Positions 50,677-61,252 are shown, counted from the first letter of the stretch. The stretch is 64,000 bases of DNA from a bacterium HR37 (GCA_002898375.1 BEIN01000009.1:8935-72934), one strand, 5' to 3'. Numbers and translations are program-made. The notes: generated by a model from the letters alone, not told the origin.

Positions 50677-51945
50677 ATGCACATGTATTACGGATTTAAT
50701 TACAAAAAAGGGGAGTTTTATGCCGAGGGTGTTCCTGTTAGGGAAATTGCAAATGCAGTTGGAACCCCTTGCTATATCTATAGTTATTCTGCTTTAAAAC
50801 ATGGCTTTGAAAAACTCCACAGTGCGTTCTCAGATATAGAAGCGTTGATTTGTTTTTCCGTAAAGGCAAACTCTAACCTGGCGGTTCTAAGGGCCTTTGC
50901 TAACTTTGGCTCTGGTTTTGATATAGTATCTGGAGGGGAACTCTTCCGAGTTCTAAATGCAGGTGGAGACCCTTCAAAGGTGGTTTTCTCTGGAGTTGGA
51001 AAAACGGAAGAAGAGATGAGGTTTGGAATAGACTCCGGTATCTTGTTTTTTAATGTTGAGTCCCTGGAAGAACTTTACGTTTTAGATGGGGTGGCAAGAA
51101 AGGAGGGGAAAAAGGCCAGAATTGCTATCAGGATCAATCCAGACATTGATCCGAAAACACATCCTTACATATCCACGGGGCTTAAGAAAAGCAAGTTCGG
51201 TATAGAGATTGAGAGGGCTTTGGATGTATACAGGGAAGCGGTAAACCTCAAGGGGATAGAGGTTGTTGGAATAGATGCGCATATAGGTTCTCAGATATTT
51301 GATGTATCTCCTTTTGTAGAGTCTATAAGGAAGCTGGTTCAACTTGCAGATACCCTAGCAAAAGAAGGAGTGGACATTGAATATATAGACATTGGAGGTG
51401 GAATAGGTATCCAGTACAGGGAGGATGAAAAACCGCCACCACCTGATCTGTTTGCACAAGCAGTAAAAAGAGAGATTGCAAATACCCCGTATAAGCTGGT
51501 TTTGGAGCCGGGAAGGGTACTGGTTGGAAACGCGGGCATTCTTCTTACAAAGGTTCTCTACACAAAGGTGGGGGCGCTTAAGAAGTTTATTGTGGTCGAT
51601 GCCGCAATGAACGATCTTATACGTCCTGCGTTTTACGATTCCTACCATGAGATCCTTACCGCTTATGAAAGTGATGCAAAAAGGGAGAAGGTAGATATCG
51701 TTGGACCTGTGTGTGAATCCGGGGACTTTTTGGCAAGGGATAGGATGTTTCCTGTGGTAAAAAGGGGAGACCTTCTTGTGGTTCAAAGTGCAGGAGCTTA
51801 CGGTTTTGTGATGTCATCCAACTACAATTCACGTCCACGTGCTCCTGAGGTTATGGTAAAGGGGGAGGAGTTTTTTGTGGTAAGAAGGAGAGAAACGTAT
51901 GAGGATCTGATACGGGGTGAGGAGATCCCGGGCTTTTTAAGGTAA
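50677..51945 (+). CDS. lysA: Diaminopimelate decarboxylase
   Basis: SVKANSN, HIGSQ, EPGR, GPVCESGD and GAYGFVMSSNYNSR motifs. Confidence 0.96.
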   Translation: MHMYYGFNYKKGEFYAEGVPVREIANAVGTPCYIYSYSALKHGFEKLHSAFSDIEALICFSVKANSNLAVLRAFANFGSGFDIVSGGELFRVLNAGGDPSKVVFSGVGKTEEEMRFGIDSGILFFNVESLEELYVLDGVARKEGKKARIAIRINPDIDPKTHPYISTGLKKSKFGIEIERALDVYREAVNLKGIEVVGIDAHIGSQIFDVSPFVESIRKLVQLADTLAKEGVDIEYIDIGGGIGIQYREDEKPPPPDLFAQAVKREIANTPYKLVLEPGRVLVGNAGILLTKVLYTKVGALKKFIVVDAAMNDLIRPAFYDSYHEILTAYESDAKREKVDIVGPVCESGDFLARDRMFPVVKRGDLLVVQSAGAYGFVMSSNYNSRPRAPEVMVKGEEFFVVRRRETYEDLIRGEEIPGFLR

Positions 51946-51946
51946 G

Positions 51947-53023
51947 ATGCATTCTTTGATGCTAACGAGCTCCAAGGTGTCCAAGGAGTGGCTTTCTGTT
52001 GTGGAGGATCTCCGTGTTGGAGATGTGGTTTTTGTCCTTGGTGCAAGTGATACTGGAAAAACCACCCTTATAAAGTTTGTAATCAACGAGTGCATAAAAA
52101 AAGGTAAAAGAATTGCCTTTGTAGATAGCGATGTTGGTCAGACCTCTATTGGCCTTCCCACAACTATAAGCTCTTCTGTTTTTTCCTCAATTGAGGATTT
52201 AAAATCTCCAAAAATAAACTCTCTCTTCTTTATAGGCTCTACTTCCCCCCATGGTAACCTCCTACAAATGGCTGTGGGGGTGAAAAAGACCACAGAGTCT
52301 GTGCTCAGGCAAAGACCTGACGTTGTTGTAATAGATACAACCGGTTTTGTACATGGACCAGCTGCCACTGAGCTGAAGTATCAGAAGATATCGCTGGTTC
52401 AACCCAGCTGTGTGATTGCAATCCAGAGAGAAGCAGAGCTGGAACCGCTCCTTAGGCTTTTGTCAAACTCTTTTGAGGGTTTAAGGATCATTAGATTGAA
52501 TCCGTCACCGGATGTAAGGGCTAGGTCATTTGAAGAGAGGCTTGCAAACAGGGAGAGAAGATTTGCAAGGTACTTCTCCAGGTCATCTATTCTAAAAATA
52601 GACCTGGGAAACGTTTCTCTAAGAAGGGGTTACTTTGGAGGTGGTCTTCCTATCTCAAGCTCTCGACTTTACGAGATATCAAAGATTTTTGGAGCTGATT
52701 TTCTCTATGGGGAAGAGGGGAAGGATGAGGCTCTTTTTATAGTGCGTTCTGCAGGATACATTCCTGCTCTTGTTAGCAAGGTTCAGGGTTTTATCCAAAA
52801 GAGCTCTATAAGAATTGTTCCTTTAGGTGATCTTGAGGGTGTTATAGTTGGTCTGGGAAACAAAGGGGGATTTGTTCTGGGCTTGGGTATTTTTTCCAGC
52901 ATGGAGGGAGGAACTATAAGTATATTAACCCCGCTAAAGGATGTTTCACGTGTTAAGACGATAACGTTTGGTACCTTGAAACTTGAGCCTTCGGGGAAGG
53001 AAGTGGGAAAGTTAAGTTATTGA
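51947..53023 (+). CDS. Clp1/Grc3/Nol9-family polynucleotide 5'-hydroxyl kinase
   Basis: Walker A GASDTGKTT, DSDVGQ, FIGSTSP, Walker B VVIDTTG and lid RxxxR (ERLANRERRF). Confidence 0.85.
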   Translation: MHSLMLTSSKVSKEWLSVVEDLRVGDVVFVLGASDTGKTTLIKFVINECIKKGKRIAFVDSDVGQTSIGLPTTISSSVFSSIEDLKSPKINSLFFIGSTSPHGNLLQMAVGVKKTTESVLRQRPDVVVIDTTGFVHGPAATELKYQKISLVQPSCVIAIQREAELEPLLRLLSNSFEGLRIIRLNPSPDVRARSFEERLANRERRFARYFSRSSILKIDLGNVSLRRGYFGGGLPISSSRLYEISKIFGADFLYGEEGKDEALFIVRSAGYIPALVSKVQGFIQKSSIRIVPLGDLEGVIVGLGNKGGFVLGLGIFSSMEGGTISILTPLKDVSRVKTITFGTLKLEPSGKEVGKLSY

Positions 53024-53087
53024 CCGGATTAACTGCATAGGATATTTTTAATTCTTAAACTAAAACTTGATAATAAGGGTTCTCTTT

Positions 53088-53744
53088 ATGATTTGGGATA
53101 GCAGCGTTTTTGAGTTTATAAGAAAGGGTGGGATCTTTATGTATCCCATTCTCCTTTGTTCCATTGTGGGACTATCAATATTTCTTCAGAAGATGTGGGT
53201 TCTTAGGGTAAAAAAGATACTTCCCGAGGAGTTCTTAAAGCAGTTTTATGAGTTTCTTTCTCAGGGAAGGATTGGGGAAGCCCTTGTGCTTTCACGCTCA
53301 AATGACTCCTCCATTGCAAGAATTGCAACCGTTGCGCTTGAGAATGCTTGTAAAACAAAAGAGGAGTTAAGGGAGGATATCGAATCTGCAGGTAGAAGGG
53401 AGGTTCAGGAACTTGAACGTTATATAGAGGGACTTGGGGCAATTAGCAATGTGAGCACACTTCTTGGGCTGCTTGGTACCATATCTGGTATGATAAAGAT
53501 ATTCAGGGTAATCTCTGAGCAACCTATAGTTGATCCCCCAAGCCTTGCAGGTGGTATATCTGAAGCACTCTACACCACTGCCTTTGGCCTTCTTGTGGCT
53601 ATACCAACATTTATAGCATACAAATACACCATGGGTAAGGCAGAATCTCTTGTGGTCGGTCTGGAAGAAGAGGGAAGAAGGATAATGGAGGAGGTAATCA
53701 ATGCCAATGAGAAGGCTGTTAAGTCAAGGGAGGTTTTAAGGTAG
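53088..53744 (+). CDS. exbB: MotA/TolQ/ExbB proton channel protein
   Basis: GGIFMYPI, LLGLLGTISGMI and GGISEALYTTAFGL motifs. Confidence 0.9.
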   Translation: MIWDSSVFEFIRKGGIFMYPILLCSIVGLSIFLQKMWVLRVKKILPEEFLKQFYEFLSQGRIGEALVLSRSNDSSIARIATVALENACKTKEELREDIESAGRREVQELERYIEGLGAISNVSTLLGLLGTISGMIKIFRVISEQPIVDPPSLAGGISEALYTTAFGLLVAIPTFIAYKYTMGKAESLVVGLEEEGRRIMEEVINANEKAVKSREVLR

Positions 53745-53745
53745 T

Positions 53746-54168
53746 ATGCGATTTAGGGAACAGACAATAAAGAAAAGCGGTTTTGGCTCAACAGTTGACC
53801 TCACTCCTATAGTGGATACGGTTTTTAACCTTCTTATATTTTTTGCGCTTTCCCTGAACTTTGCTGCTACCTCTGGAGGTATAAATGTAAAGCTTCCAAA
53901 GGCTCAAACGGTTGAGCCTGTAAAGGTTGAACAGCTTACAGTTAATCTGACCAAAGACGGAAAACTTTATCTTAACGATAAGCTTATAACCTTAGATAAG
54001 CTCAACGATACCTTAAGGCAAAATCAAAAAAAGGATTCCCTGATAGTGATTAGAGCTGATAGTTCTGTGGAACATGGAAGGGTAGTTGAGGTTATGGATA
54101 TCGCAAGAACTAACGGGTTTTCAAGACTTGCTATAGCGGTTGAAAGGGCCTCTGGTAACAACAGATAG
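53746..54168 (+). CDS. exbD: ExbD/TolR family protein
   Basis: DLTPIVDTVFNLLIFF, LPKA and IRAD...VVEVMD motifs. Confidence 0.9.
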   Translation: MRFREQTIKKSGFGSTVDLTPIVDTVFNLLIFFALSLNFAATSGGINVKLPKAQTVEPVKVEQLTVNLTKDGKLYLNDKLITLDKLNDTLRQNQKKDSLIVIRADSSVEHGRVVEVMDIARTNGFSRLAIAVERASGNNR

Positions 54169-54237
54169 TTTTTTATTGACACCCAATTGAATTCTATGTA
54201 ACTTTTCGTTTTCAAAAAAACTTTATTTAAAGCTCTG

Positions 54238-55188
54238 TTGGCTACTCTTTTACGCCTTTTAAACCGTTTGTTTACCGTTTACTTTGGATTTCTGATAGTG
54301 GGGGTCTCTTTTCTTTCCTATATGTATCCGGGGTATCTAAAAAACCTAACCTATCTTATTACCCCTTCTCTTGGGGTGATAATGTTTGGTATGGGAATGA
54401 CACTTACCAGAGCTGATTTTAAAAGGGTCTTTTTAAGACCCCATGAGGTTGCTCTTGGTGTTTTTGCTCAGTATGGGATAATGCCTTTTGTTGGGTTTGT
54501 TATTGCAAGGTTTCTAAGGCTTGAGTCTTTGATTGCAGTAGGGGTTGTGGTGGTTGGTTCGTGCCCTGGGGGGACAGCTTCTAATGTGATTACCTACTTT
54601 GCAAGGGGAGATGTTGCCCTTTCTGTTACTATGACCTCTGTCTCTACTCTGCTTTCACCCCTTTTTACCCCTGCGCTGGTGTACCTTCTTGCCGGAAAGT
54701 GGGTTGAGGTTCCTGTAATGCGGCTTTTTTTGTTCACACTGCAAATAGTTCTTTTTCCAGTTGCCCTGGGGGTTTTTGCCAGGGGCTTATTGGGATCAAG
54801 GGTAAATAGGGTTCTTGGTGCTTTACCCGTTATTTCCTCAATCACAATCATTTTTATTGTTGGGGTTATAATCGGGGCAAGTGCGGATTCTCTGCGTGAG
54901 GTTGGTCTTAGAACCATTGCTGCAGTGGTTATTCATAATACAGTAGGGCTTTTTCTAGGTTTTTTATTGGCTAGATTTCTTGGAATGGGACCCTCTAAAG
55001 CAAGGGCAGTGGCCATTGAGATTGGTATGCAGAACTCAGGCCTTGGAGTTGCCATTGCAAAATCGCATTTTGGGGTTATAGCAGCACTTCCCTCTGCAAT
55101 TTTTAGTGCATGGCACAATATCTCCGGTTCTGTGCTTGCATGGTGGTGGAGAAGATGTGACAATGATTTAGAAACTCCTCGTATTTAG
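54238..55188 (+). CDS. Bile acid:sodium symporter family (PanS/YocS-like)
   Basis: IMFGMGMTL, CPGGTASNV and EIGMQNSGL motifs. Confidence 0.92.
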   Translation: MATLLRLLNRLFTVYFGFLIVGVSFLSYMYPGYLKNLTYLITPSLGVIMFGMGMTLTRADFKRVFLRPHEVALGVFAQYGIMPFVGFVIARFLRLESLIAVGVVVVGSCPGGTASNVITYFARGDVALSVTMTSVSTLLSPLFTPALVYLLAGKWVEVPVMRLFLFTLQIVLFPVALGVFARGLLGSRVNRVLGALPVISSITIIFIVGVIIGASADSLREVGLRTIAAVVIHNTVGLFLGFLLARFLGMGPSKARAVAIEIGMQNSGLGVAIAKSHFGVIAALPSAIFSAWHNISGSVLAWWWRRCDNDLETPRI

Positions 55189-55205
55189 CTGGTATAGGTG
55201 AGAAA

Positions 55206-56141
55206 ATGGGTTTTAGAACCTACTTAAATGCTCAGAGCGTAAAGACGGAGATAAAGGAAAGCAGGTATCCAATAAAGGGGTATCTCTTTTTGGTAAGCAC
55301 CGCTTTTTTTACTGCTCTTTCTTATGTGTTTGGAAAGGCTGTTAATAAGGATCTTAATCCAGAAACTGTTACTTTCTTTTGGTTCTTTAGCGCTTTTTTC
55401 TTCTCTCTCTTTGTAGTTATTTTGCTTCCTTCGCAGAGAATGGAGATTAAAAACATAGGAAGATACCTACCTATATTCTTTTGGAGCTCTGTGGTTACTG
55501 CAATTGGGGCTGCACTCTGGATTCTGTCTTTAAGAACAATAGGGCCTCCTCTTACCTCTTTTCTTATGAAATCTCAGACCCTTTTTTCCCTGCTTTTGGG
55601 AATACTTTTTCTGGGGGAGAGGCTAAATAAGTGGGAGATGTTTGGCATAATAGTTACAATAACGGGAGGAGTAGTGGTTGCGTATCAGAAAGAGGGTTAC
55701 CTTATACTTGGAACCTTTATGGCTCTTTTGTCTGCTTTCTGCTACTCCCTTTTGTCTTTTCTCGTAAAAAAGATTGCGCAAAACCTTAATATGCTAACGG
55801 TTGCCAACTTAAGAGCTTTAGGCGTTTCAATTGTGGTTTTTGCATACCTTGTTGCAACAGGTAGATTCCAGGTTCCAGAACTTAGGGATCTGTTATTTAT
55901 GGCCTTTGGTGGGCTTACAGGAGCTTATATTGCAAAGGCAAGCCAATTCCAATCTATTAAGCTTTTAGATGTTTCCCGCTCAACTGCTGTAATGCCTATG
56001 GAATCTCTTTTCGTCGTGGTTTTCTCCTATGTTTTCTTTCACGACCTACCATCGGTAACCAAGCTTCTCGGGGGAGCTGGTATAGTGGTTGGTGTTGTAT
56101 TTCTGGTGGTATTTCGCGGAACAAAGGTGGAAACGCTATAG
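55206..56141 (+). CDS. EamA/DMT family transporter
   Basis: About 10 TMs and FLGERL. Confidence 0.82.
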   Translation: MGFRTYLNAQSVKTEIKESRYPIKGYLFLVSTAFFTALSYVFGKAVNKDLNPETVTFFWFFSAFFFSLFVVILLPSQRMEIKNIGRYLPIFFWSSVVTAIGAALWILSLRTIGPPLTSFLMKSQTLFSLLLGILFLGERLNKWEMFGIIVTITGGVVVAYQKEGYLILGTFMALLSAFCYSLLSFLVKKIAQNLNMLTVANLRALGVSIVVFAYLVATGRFQVPELRDLLFMAFGGLTGAYIAKASQFQSIKLLDVSRSTAVMPMESLFVVVFSYVFFHDLPSVTKLLGGAGIVVGVVFLVVFRGTKVETL

Positions 56142-57257
56142 GTGATTATTCATTTTGCCAGCTAGATCTGTATTCAATCTTGATCTTGTTCTGTATCTCT
56201 CTAGAGCAAGCTCTATCAGCTTTGAGATAAGTTCGGTAAAGGTAATACCGCTTACTTCCCAGAGCTTTGGATACATGCTTACAGGTGTAAAACCGGGTAT
56301 TGTATTGATTTCACTAACAAAGATTTTATCTGTGTCCCTCTGTATTAAGAAATCCACCCTGCCCATACCCGAACAGTCTATTGCTTTAAAGGCTCTTATA
56401 GCGTAGGTTTTAAGCTTCTCTAAAAGCCCTTGATCCAGATTTGCTGGTATGATAAGTGTGGTCTTATCTTCTATGTACTTGGCTCTATAGTCATAGAACT
56501 CCCTGTGTGGAACTATCTCACCTGGTAGCGATACAATGGGGTTTTCATTCCCTAGGACGCTGATTTCTATCTCCCTTGGGTTCTCTATTGCTTCTTCGAC
56601 TATCAATCTGTGAGAAAATGAACCTGCTATTTCCATGGCTTCATCAAGCTGTTTTTCGGTTTTAACCTTTGTTATGCCTATGCTTGAGCCAAGATTGGCA
56701 GATTTCACAAAGCAGGGTATTCCTATTTCTTGTACTATGGTTTTTTTTATCTCTTCCCTATTTGTTTTCCACTCGTGAAAATAAAGGCCAAAGAATCTAA
56801 CAACGGGTAGCCCGGTTTCCTTAAATACTGTTTTCATTATAATCTTATCCATCCCCACTGAGGAGCCAAGAACTGAGGCCCCAACAAATGGAATCCCCAT
56901 AAGCTCAAGTAGCCCCTGAACTGTACCATCTTCACCGTATGTTCCATGAAGTATGGGAAATATAACATCCAGTTTGTGTTCTCTCTCTATCCTGTTTCCA
57001 CGTATTTCGTAGAATACCGGATTTTTTGGGTTTAATGAGGGAGAGAGAAAAGACTCTTTATCCGCTTCCAGTGTTCCGTTATCCAGCCAGTTTCCAAGCA
57101 AGGCTTTTCTCCAGGTTCCAGTTTTTTCAATAAATATGGGAAATACGTCGTATTTATCGGTATCTATGTTTTTTAAAACTGATCTTGCCGAAAGGAGTGA
57201 GATTTCGTGTTCAACTGATCTGCCTCCAAATACTATTCCTACTTTTACCCTGCCCAA
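56136..57257 (-). CDS. ddl: D-alanine--D-alanine ligase
   Basis: FGGRSVEHEIS, LHGTYGEDG, GSSIGI, FYDYRAKY and EINTIPGFT motifs. Confidence 0.96.
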   Translation of the reverse strand: MGRVKVGIVFGGRSVEHEISLLSARSVLKNIDTDKYDVFPIFIEKTGTWRKALLGNWLDNGTLEADKESFLSPSLNPKNPVFYEIRGNRIEREHKLDVIFPILHGTYGEDGTVQGLLELMGIPFVGASVLGSSVGMDKIIMKTVFKETGLPVVRFFGLYFHEWKTNREEIKKTIVQEIGIPCFVKSANLGSSIGITKVKTEKQLDEAMEIAGSFSHRLIVEEAIENPREIEISVLGNENPIVSLPGEIVPHREFYDYRAKYIEDKTTLIIPANLDQGLLEKLKTYAIRAFKAIDCSGMGRVDFLIQRDTDKIFVSEINTIPGFTPVSMYPKLWEVSGITFTELISKLIELALERYRTRSRLNTDLAGKMNNHL

Positions 57258-57403
57258 TTTACTCTCCAGAAGTGGGATTTAACCAATTTGGGTACACAAT
57301 TGTCGGGTTATTGTCAAGTTGGTGTGCTTTTGCAAATAAGTGCTTATTAAGGTAGACTCCCTAACATAAATATAAAGAATTAACGGAAGAGAGGAGGATA
57401 GCT

Positions 57404-58594
57404 ATGCAGAAGGTAGTAATTTGTGAACCGTTAAGAACGGCTATAGGAACTTTTGGTGGGTCTTTAAAGGATTTTCCAGCTCCAACTTTAGGTGCTATAG
57501 TTGTTAAAGAGATTCTAAACCGTACAGGTATAGATCCAAAGTTGGTCGATGACTGTATAATGGGAAACATTCTCTCAGCAGGTCAGGGAATGAATCCCTC
57601 AAGACAGGTTGCTTTAAATGCTGGTTTAAGCATAGAAACCCCTGCCTATACGATAAACAGGGTATGTGGTTCAGGTCTTCAGTCTATAGCGCTGGCAGCT
57701 CAGGCTATAAAGGCTGGGGATGCTGAGTTGATAATTGCAGGTGGGATAGAAAATATGAGTGCTGCTCCTTTCTACCTGCCAAAGGCACGTTATGGTTACA
57801 GGATGGCAATGCCAAAGGATGAGATAGTTGATGGAATGGTGTATGATGGATTATGGGATATCTTCAATAACTATCATATGGGGGTAACCGCTGAGAATCT
57901 TGCGGAGATCTATAACATCTCCAGAGAGGAGCAAGATGAGTTTGCTTATAAGAGCCAGATGAAGGCAAAGGCTGCAATAGAGGCTGGAAAATTTAAGGAT
58001 GAGATTGTTCCGGTTATGGTACCTCAGAGGAAAGGTGATCCAATTCCATTTGAAACCGATGAGCATCCACGACCCGATACAACTCTAGAGAGCCTTGCTA
58101 AGCTTCGCCCTGTATTTAAAGCGGGTGGAACTGTAACTGCGGGTAATGCCTCAGGTATTAACGATGGCGCTGCTGCTATGATTGTTACTACTGAGGAAAA
58201 AGCAAAGGCACTTGGTTTAAAACCGCTGGGGGCAGTAGTTACCTATGCTGTTGCAGGAGTTGACCCCTCCATTATGGGTATAGGTCCGGTACCAGCCATT
58301 CAGAAGGCCCTTTACAAGGCAAAGCTATCGCTTGACGATATTGATCTCGTTGAGTTAAATGAGGCTTTTGCTGTTCAGTCTCTTGCTGTGCTTAGGGATC
58401 TACCGATTCCTGAGGAGAAGTTAAATGTAAACGGAGGAGCAATAGCACTTGGCCATCCTATAGGGGCTTCTGGAGCTATCCTCACCGTGAAGTTGCTTCA
58501 TGAAATGAAGAGAAGGGATAATGCCAGATTGGGTCTTGTCTCCCTTTGTATAGGAGGTGGTATGGGAATAGCTATGATCCTTGAAAAGGTTTAG
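57404..58594 (+). CDS. Acetyl-CoA C-acetyltransferase (thiolase)
   Basis: [25 protein letters not shown] and LCIGGGMG motifs. Confidence 0.95.
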   Translation: MQKVVICEPLRTAIGTFGGSLKDFPAPTLGAIVVKEILNRTGIDPKLVDDCIMGNILSAGQGMNPSRQVALNAGLSIETPAYTINRVCGSGLQSIALAAQAIKAGDAELIIAGGIENMSAAPFYLPKARYGYRMAMPKDEIVDGMVYDGLWDIFNNYHMGVTAENLAEIYNISREEQDEFAYKSQMKAKAAIEAGKFKDEIVPVMVPQRKGDPIPFETDEHPRPDTTLESLAKLRPVFKAGGTVTAGNASGINDGAAAMIVTTEEKAKALGLKPLGAVVTYAVAGVDPSIMGIGPVPAIQKALYKAKLSLDDIDLVELNEAFAVQSLAVLRDLPIPEEKLNVNGGAIALGHPIGASGAILTVKLLHEMKRRDNARLGLVSLCIGGGMGIAMILEKV

Positions 58595-58616
58595 TTAAAA
58601 ACTGGTTACTTAATCT

Positions 58617-58643
58617 GGGGCTGGATGTGTATCATCTGGCCCC
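58617..58643 (+). terminator. Hairpin between convergent thiolase and thioesterase genes
   Basis: GGGGCTGGATG-TGTAT-CATCTGGCCCC stem with G-U pairs; no U-tract. Confidence 0.4.
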
Positions 58644-58646
58644 GCA

Positions 58647-59099
58647 TTACACGATAGTGATTTTGTATTCGTCTTTACTTGCAAAAAGTGATTTAAATTT
58701 CTCAGGAACATTTACAACCTTCTTCGTTGCATAATCAAAGAACACTATGCCAGTTTTTACCCTGGCAATCTCCCTTTGGGTTTCTTTGTCTGTGATCCTG
58801 TAAACGAGATCGCAACCGTATTTGTTAAAGTCACAAACTGCTATATCAATCTTAACCGTTTCACCGTAGAATGCCTCTGACCTGTAGACCACTACGAGAT
58901 CCGAAACTATAAGGGCCGAGCCCTCTATATTGAGCTCCGAGTAGCCGTATTCTCTAAGGAAACGTACACGTGCTTCATGAGTCAGGGATACTACGGAATC
59001 GTGTCCCAGATGACCACCGTAGTTTATATCGCTTATACGTAAGGGAATCTCCGTAGAGAAATCAAACTCTTGTGGCAGTTCAATTTTGATCCTGGCCAT
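58647..59099 (-). CDS. Hotdog-fold thioesterase
   Basis: RISDINYGGHLG...HEAR motif. Confidence 0.88.
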   Translation of the reverse strand: MARIKIELPQEFDFSTEIPLRISDINYGGHLGHDSVVSLTHEARVRFLREYGYSELNIEGSALIVSDLVVVYRSEAFYGETVKIDIAVCDFNKYGCDLVYRITDKETQREIARVKTGIVFFDYATKKVVNVPEKFKSLFASKDEYKITIV

Positions 59100-59226
59100 T
59101 TTTGTAAGAACAATTATATATACTAGTTGTTATTAAACAAGTACCTGATAGTAAGTTTCTGGATTGACTTTTAAACAAGGTTTTTCTAAATTTAGTAATA
59201 TATAAAGGAAGCTAAAAGAGGAGAAT

Positions 59227-59784
59227 GTGGCTATGAGGATAGAGAGAATGGATCTTGCTTCCATAAAAACGTTTTTCAGTAAGTTAATCAGGATGAGTTT
59301 CTTTGATCTTGGAAGAGAATGGGATAATCAGGTGGTTTCCTATCTTGCAAATATGCTTACAGATTTTGTAAGAACCGAAAGGCTATACAGGTTTACCGAT
59401 GCTGAGGGAAGAAGGATACAGACAGTTGTTGAGATGCTTATTGAAAGTCAAAATGGCCCTTATGAGAACTCTGAGTGGGAAAGGGAGCTTAGAAAGTATA
59501 TAGGCGATTTTACCTTGTTTATGACAGGTATTTTCAGAGATTATATAGCAAGAGGGTCATATCTTCGTTACTATATAAATGAAGGGACAAAGTCTTATTT
59601 CTTTGTTTCAAGATACGATTTGGAAACCGGTAAAGGGGATCCGGTTACCTTTATTAAGCTTTCCCAGGATTTTGAGTTCTACTCAGGTGCCCTTGATTAT
59701 ATGAGAAAGGTATACTTCCAACCTGGTAAATCGGGTGATCCTTTCTCTAGTTTCGTTGCCAGATTATCTAAAGTACAGCACTAG
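59227..59784 (+). CDS. Conserved all-helical hypothetical protein
   Basis: YLANMLTDF, RKYIGDFTLFMTGIF and YY..G..SY pattern; has its own upstream promoter-like region. Confidence 0.75.
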   Translation: MAMRIERMDLASIKTFFSKLIRMSFFDLGREWDNQVVSYLANMLTDFVRTERLYRFTDAEGRRIQTVVEMLIESQNGPYENSEWERELRKYIGDFTLFMTGIFRDYIARGSYLRYYINEGTKSYFFVSRYDLETGKGDPVTFIKLSQDFEFYSGALDYMRKVYFQPGKSGDPFSSFVARLSKVQH

Positions 59785-60222
59785 TTAGTTATTTACCGGA
59801 AGAACCAGAACCCGCATTTCCTCTCTTTTCTCGAATTTGTTGGCAAATTCTTTGGCTTCTTTCTCAGACTTCCAAAGCCCTATTCTAACCAGATAAAGGT
59901 TGTTGTTAAAATCAGTTCCCGTCTGAATGTATGCGAAATACCCTTTTGTATTCAGGGTATCAAGAAGACCAAGGGCACTTTCTATATCTTCAAATGCAGC
60001 AAGCTGCACCACATATGCTTTCTCTGCGCTCTTTTTTGTTGTTGGGCTTTTTGTTTCCCTTAAACCAGACTCTAAAAAACCTCTGTCCTTGATAAAGCCG
60101 ATTATATAAGGGCTTATGTATATTCCTACCATGATCCCTATTAGAAAGGATAGCAGTAGAGGTTTTATTGAGCTCTTTTTATGTCCCCTTTTCATACTGA
60201 GACTCCTTTTATTATTTACCAC
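59785..60222 (-). CDS. SPOR domain membrane protein
   Basis: TM helix, then YVVQLAAF...LYLVRIG...EA. Confidence 0.85.
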   Translation of the reverse strand: MVNNKRSLSMKRGHKKSSIKPLLLSFLIGIMVGIYISPYIIGFIKDRGFLESGLRETKSPTTKKSAEKAYVVQLAAFEDIESALGLLDTLNTKGYFAYIQTGTDFNNNLYLVRIGLWKSEKEAKEFANKFEKREEMRVLVLPVNN

Positions 60223-61252
60223 TTCTGAAATAAGGCATTATCTCTTTGGAGAGGCTCTGGAGTGAGCTTCTACGATCAGGGCTAAAGTCCCTGAATATAA
60301 AGTGGTTAACCCCTGCTTTTATGTAGTTCTCAACCTTCTTTATAACATCTTTTGTTGAACCTGCGATAACAAAATCAAGCACAATATCTCTTGTATAGTA
60401 TTTTGCCCCCATTTCCCTAAATTTCCTTAACATCTCGGTATCATTTGGCATTATCCTTGTATACTGTAGTCCCCTGTACTCTTCAGCGATCTCTATACTG
60501 TATCCAGCTTCCTCCAGGAGTTCAGGCCATATAAGTGCGTGCTTGATGGGCTCAAGAGTCTTGTAGGCTTCGTCCTGGTTCTTGGCAATAGAGGTAAAAA
60601 TGTATATGCATTTCTCTACAGAACCCCTGCTGTTTGCACGTGCTTCTTCCTCAACTGTGCTTGCTTTTTTTGCAAAGAGACTAGGTGGCATTGCAATTGT
60701 AACCCATCCATCACCGTATTTGCCGGCTATCTTAAGGGCTTTGGGGGCGGTGGCAGCTATGTATATGGGGATTCCTTCCCCTCTTATGGGGGTTATCCTG
60801 ATCTCTGCCTGTGATAACCTGTAGAACTCCCCGTTAAAATCCACTGGATTTCCCTTCCACAGTGCTCTCATAATCTCTATTGCCTCTACAGTTCGTTTAA
60901 GAGGTTTATCCCAGTTTATACCATAGGGGTCTAGATTCATTTTTTCCCCATATCCTATGCATATAAATATCCTTCCATTTGATATGTGATCAACTGTGGC
61001 AAGTCTCTGAGCAAGGATTGCTGGATGAATTCTATGAGCATCTCCTATTGCTCCCATCTCTATCTTTTTGGTTTGTGCAGATGCTGCTGTGATAATGGAC
61101 CACACCTCAGGAGTTATGGCTTTTGCTATAAAAACCATGTGATCCGGGAACCAGACCGTATCAAATCCCCTTTTCTCGCAGTTCTTAACATACTTAATAA
61201 GATTCCCTACAGATTCACCTGGTACGGGAGCTGATATTCCGAATTTAACCAT
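60212..61252 (-). CDS. LLM-class (luciferase-like) flavin/F420-dependent oxidoreductase
   Basis: GFDTVWFPDH, HPAILAQRLATVDHISNGR, IGYGE and AGKYGDGW motifs. Confidence 0.9.
   Translation of the reverse strand: MVKFGISAPVPGESVGNLIKYVKNCEKRGFDTVWFPDHMVFIAKAITPEVWSIITAASAQTKKIEMGAIGDAHRIHPAILAQRLATVDHISNGRIFICIGYGEKMNLDPYGINWDKPLKRTVEAIEIMRALWKGNPVDFNGEFYRLSQAEIRITPIRGEGIPIYIAATAPKALKIAGKYGDGWVTIAMPPSLFAKKASTVEEEARANSRGSVEKCIYIFTSIAKNQDEAYKTLEPIKHALIWPELLEEAGYSIEIAEEYRGLQYTRIMPNDTEMLRKFREMGAKYYTRDIVLDFVIAGSTKDVIKKVENYIKAGVNHFIFRDFSPDRRSSLQSLSKEIMPYFRSGK

Noticed and set aside
57320-57334. Sigma54-like TGGTGTGCTTTTGCA before the thiolase
   Set aside because: GG-to-GC spacing is 9 nt, not the required 10.
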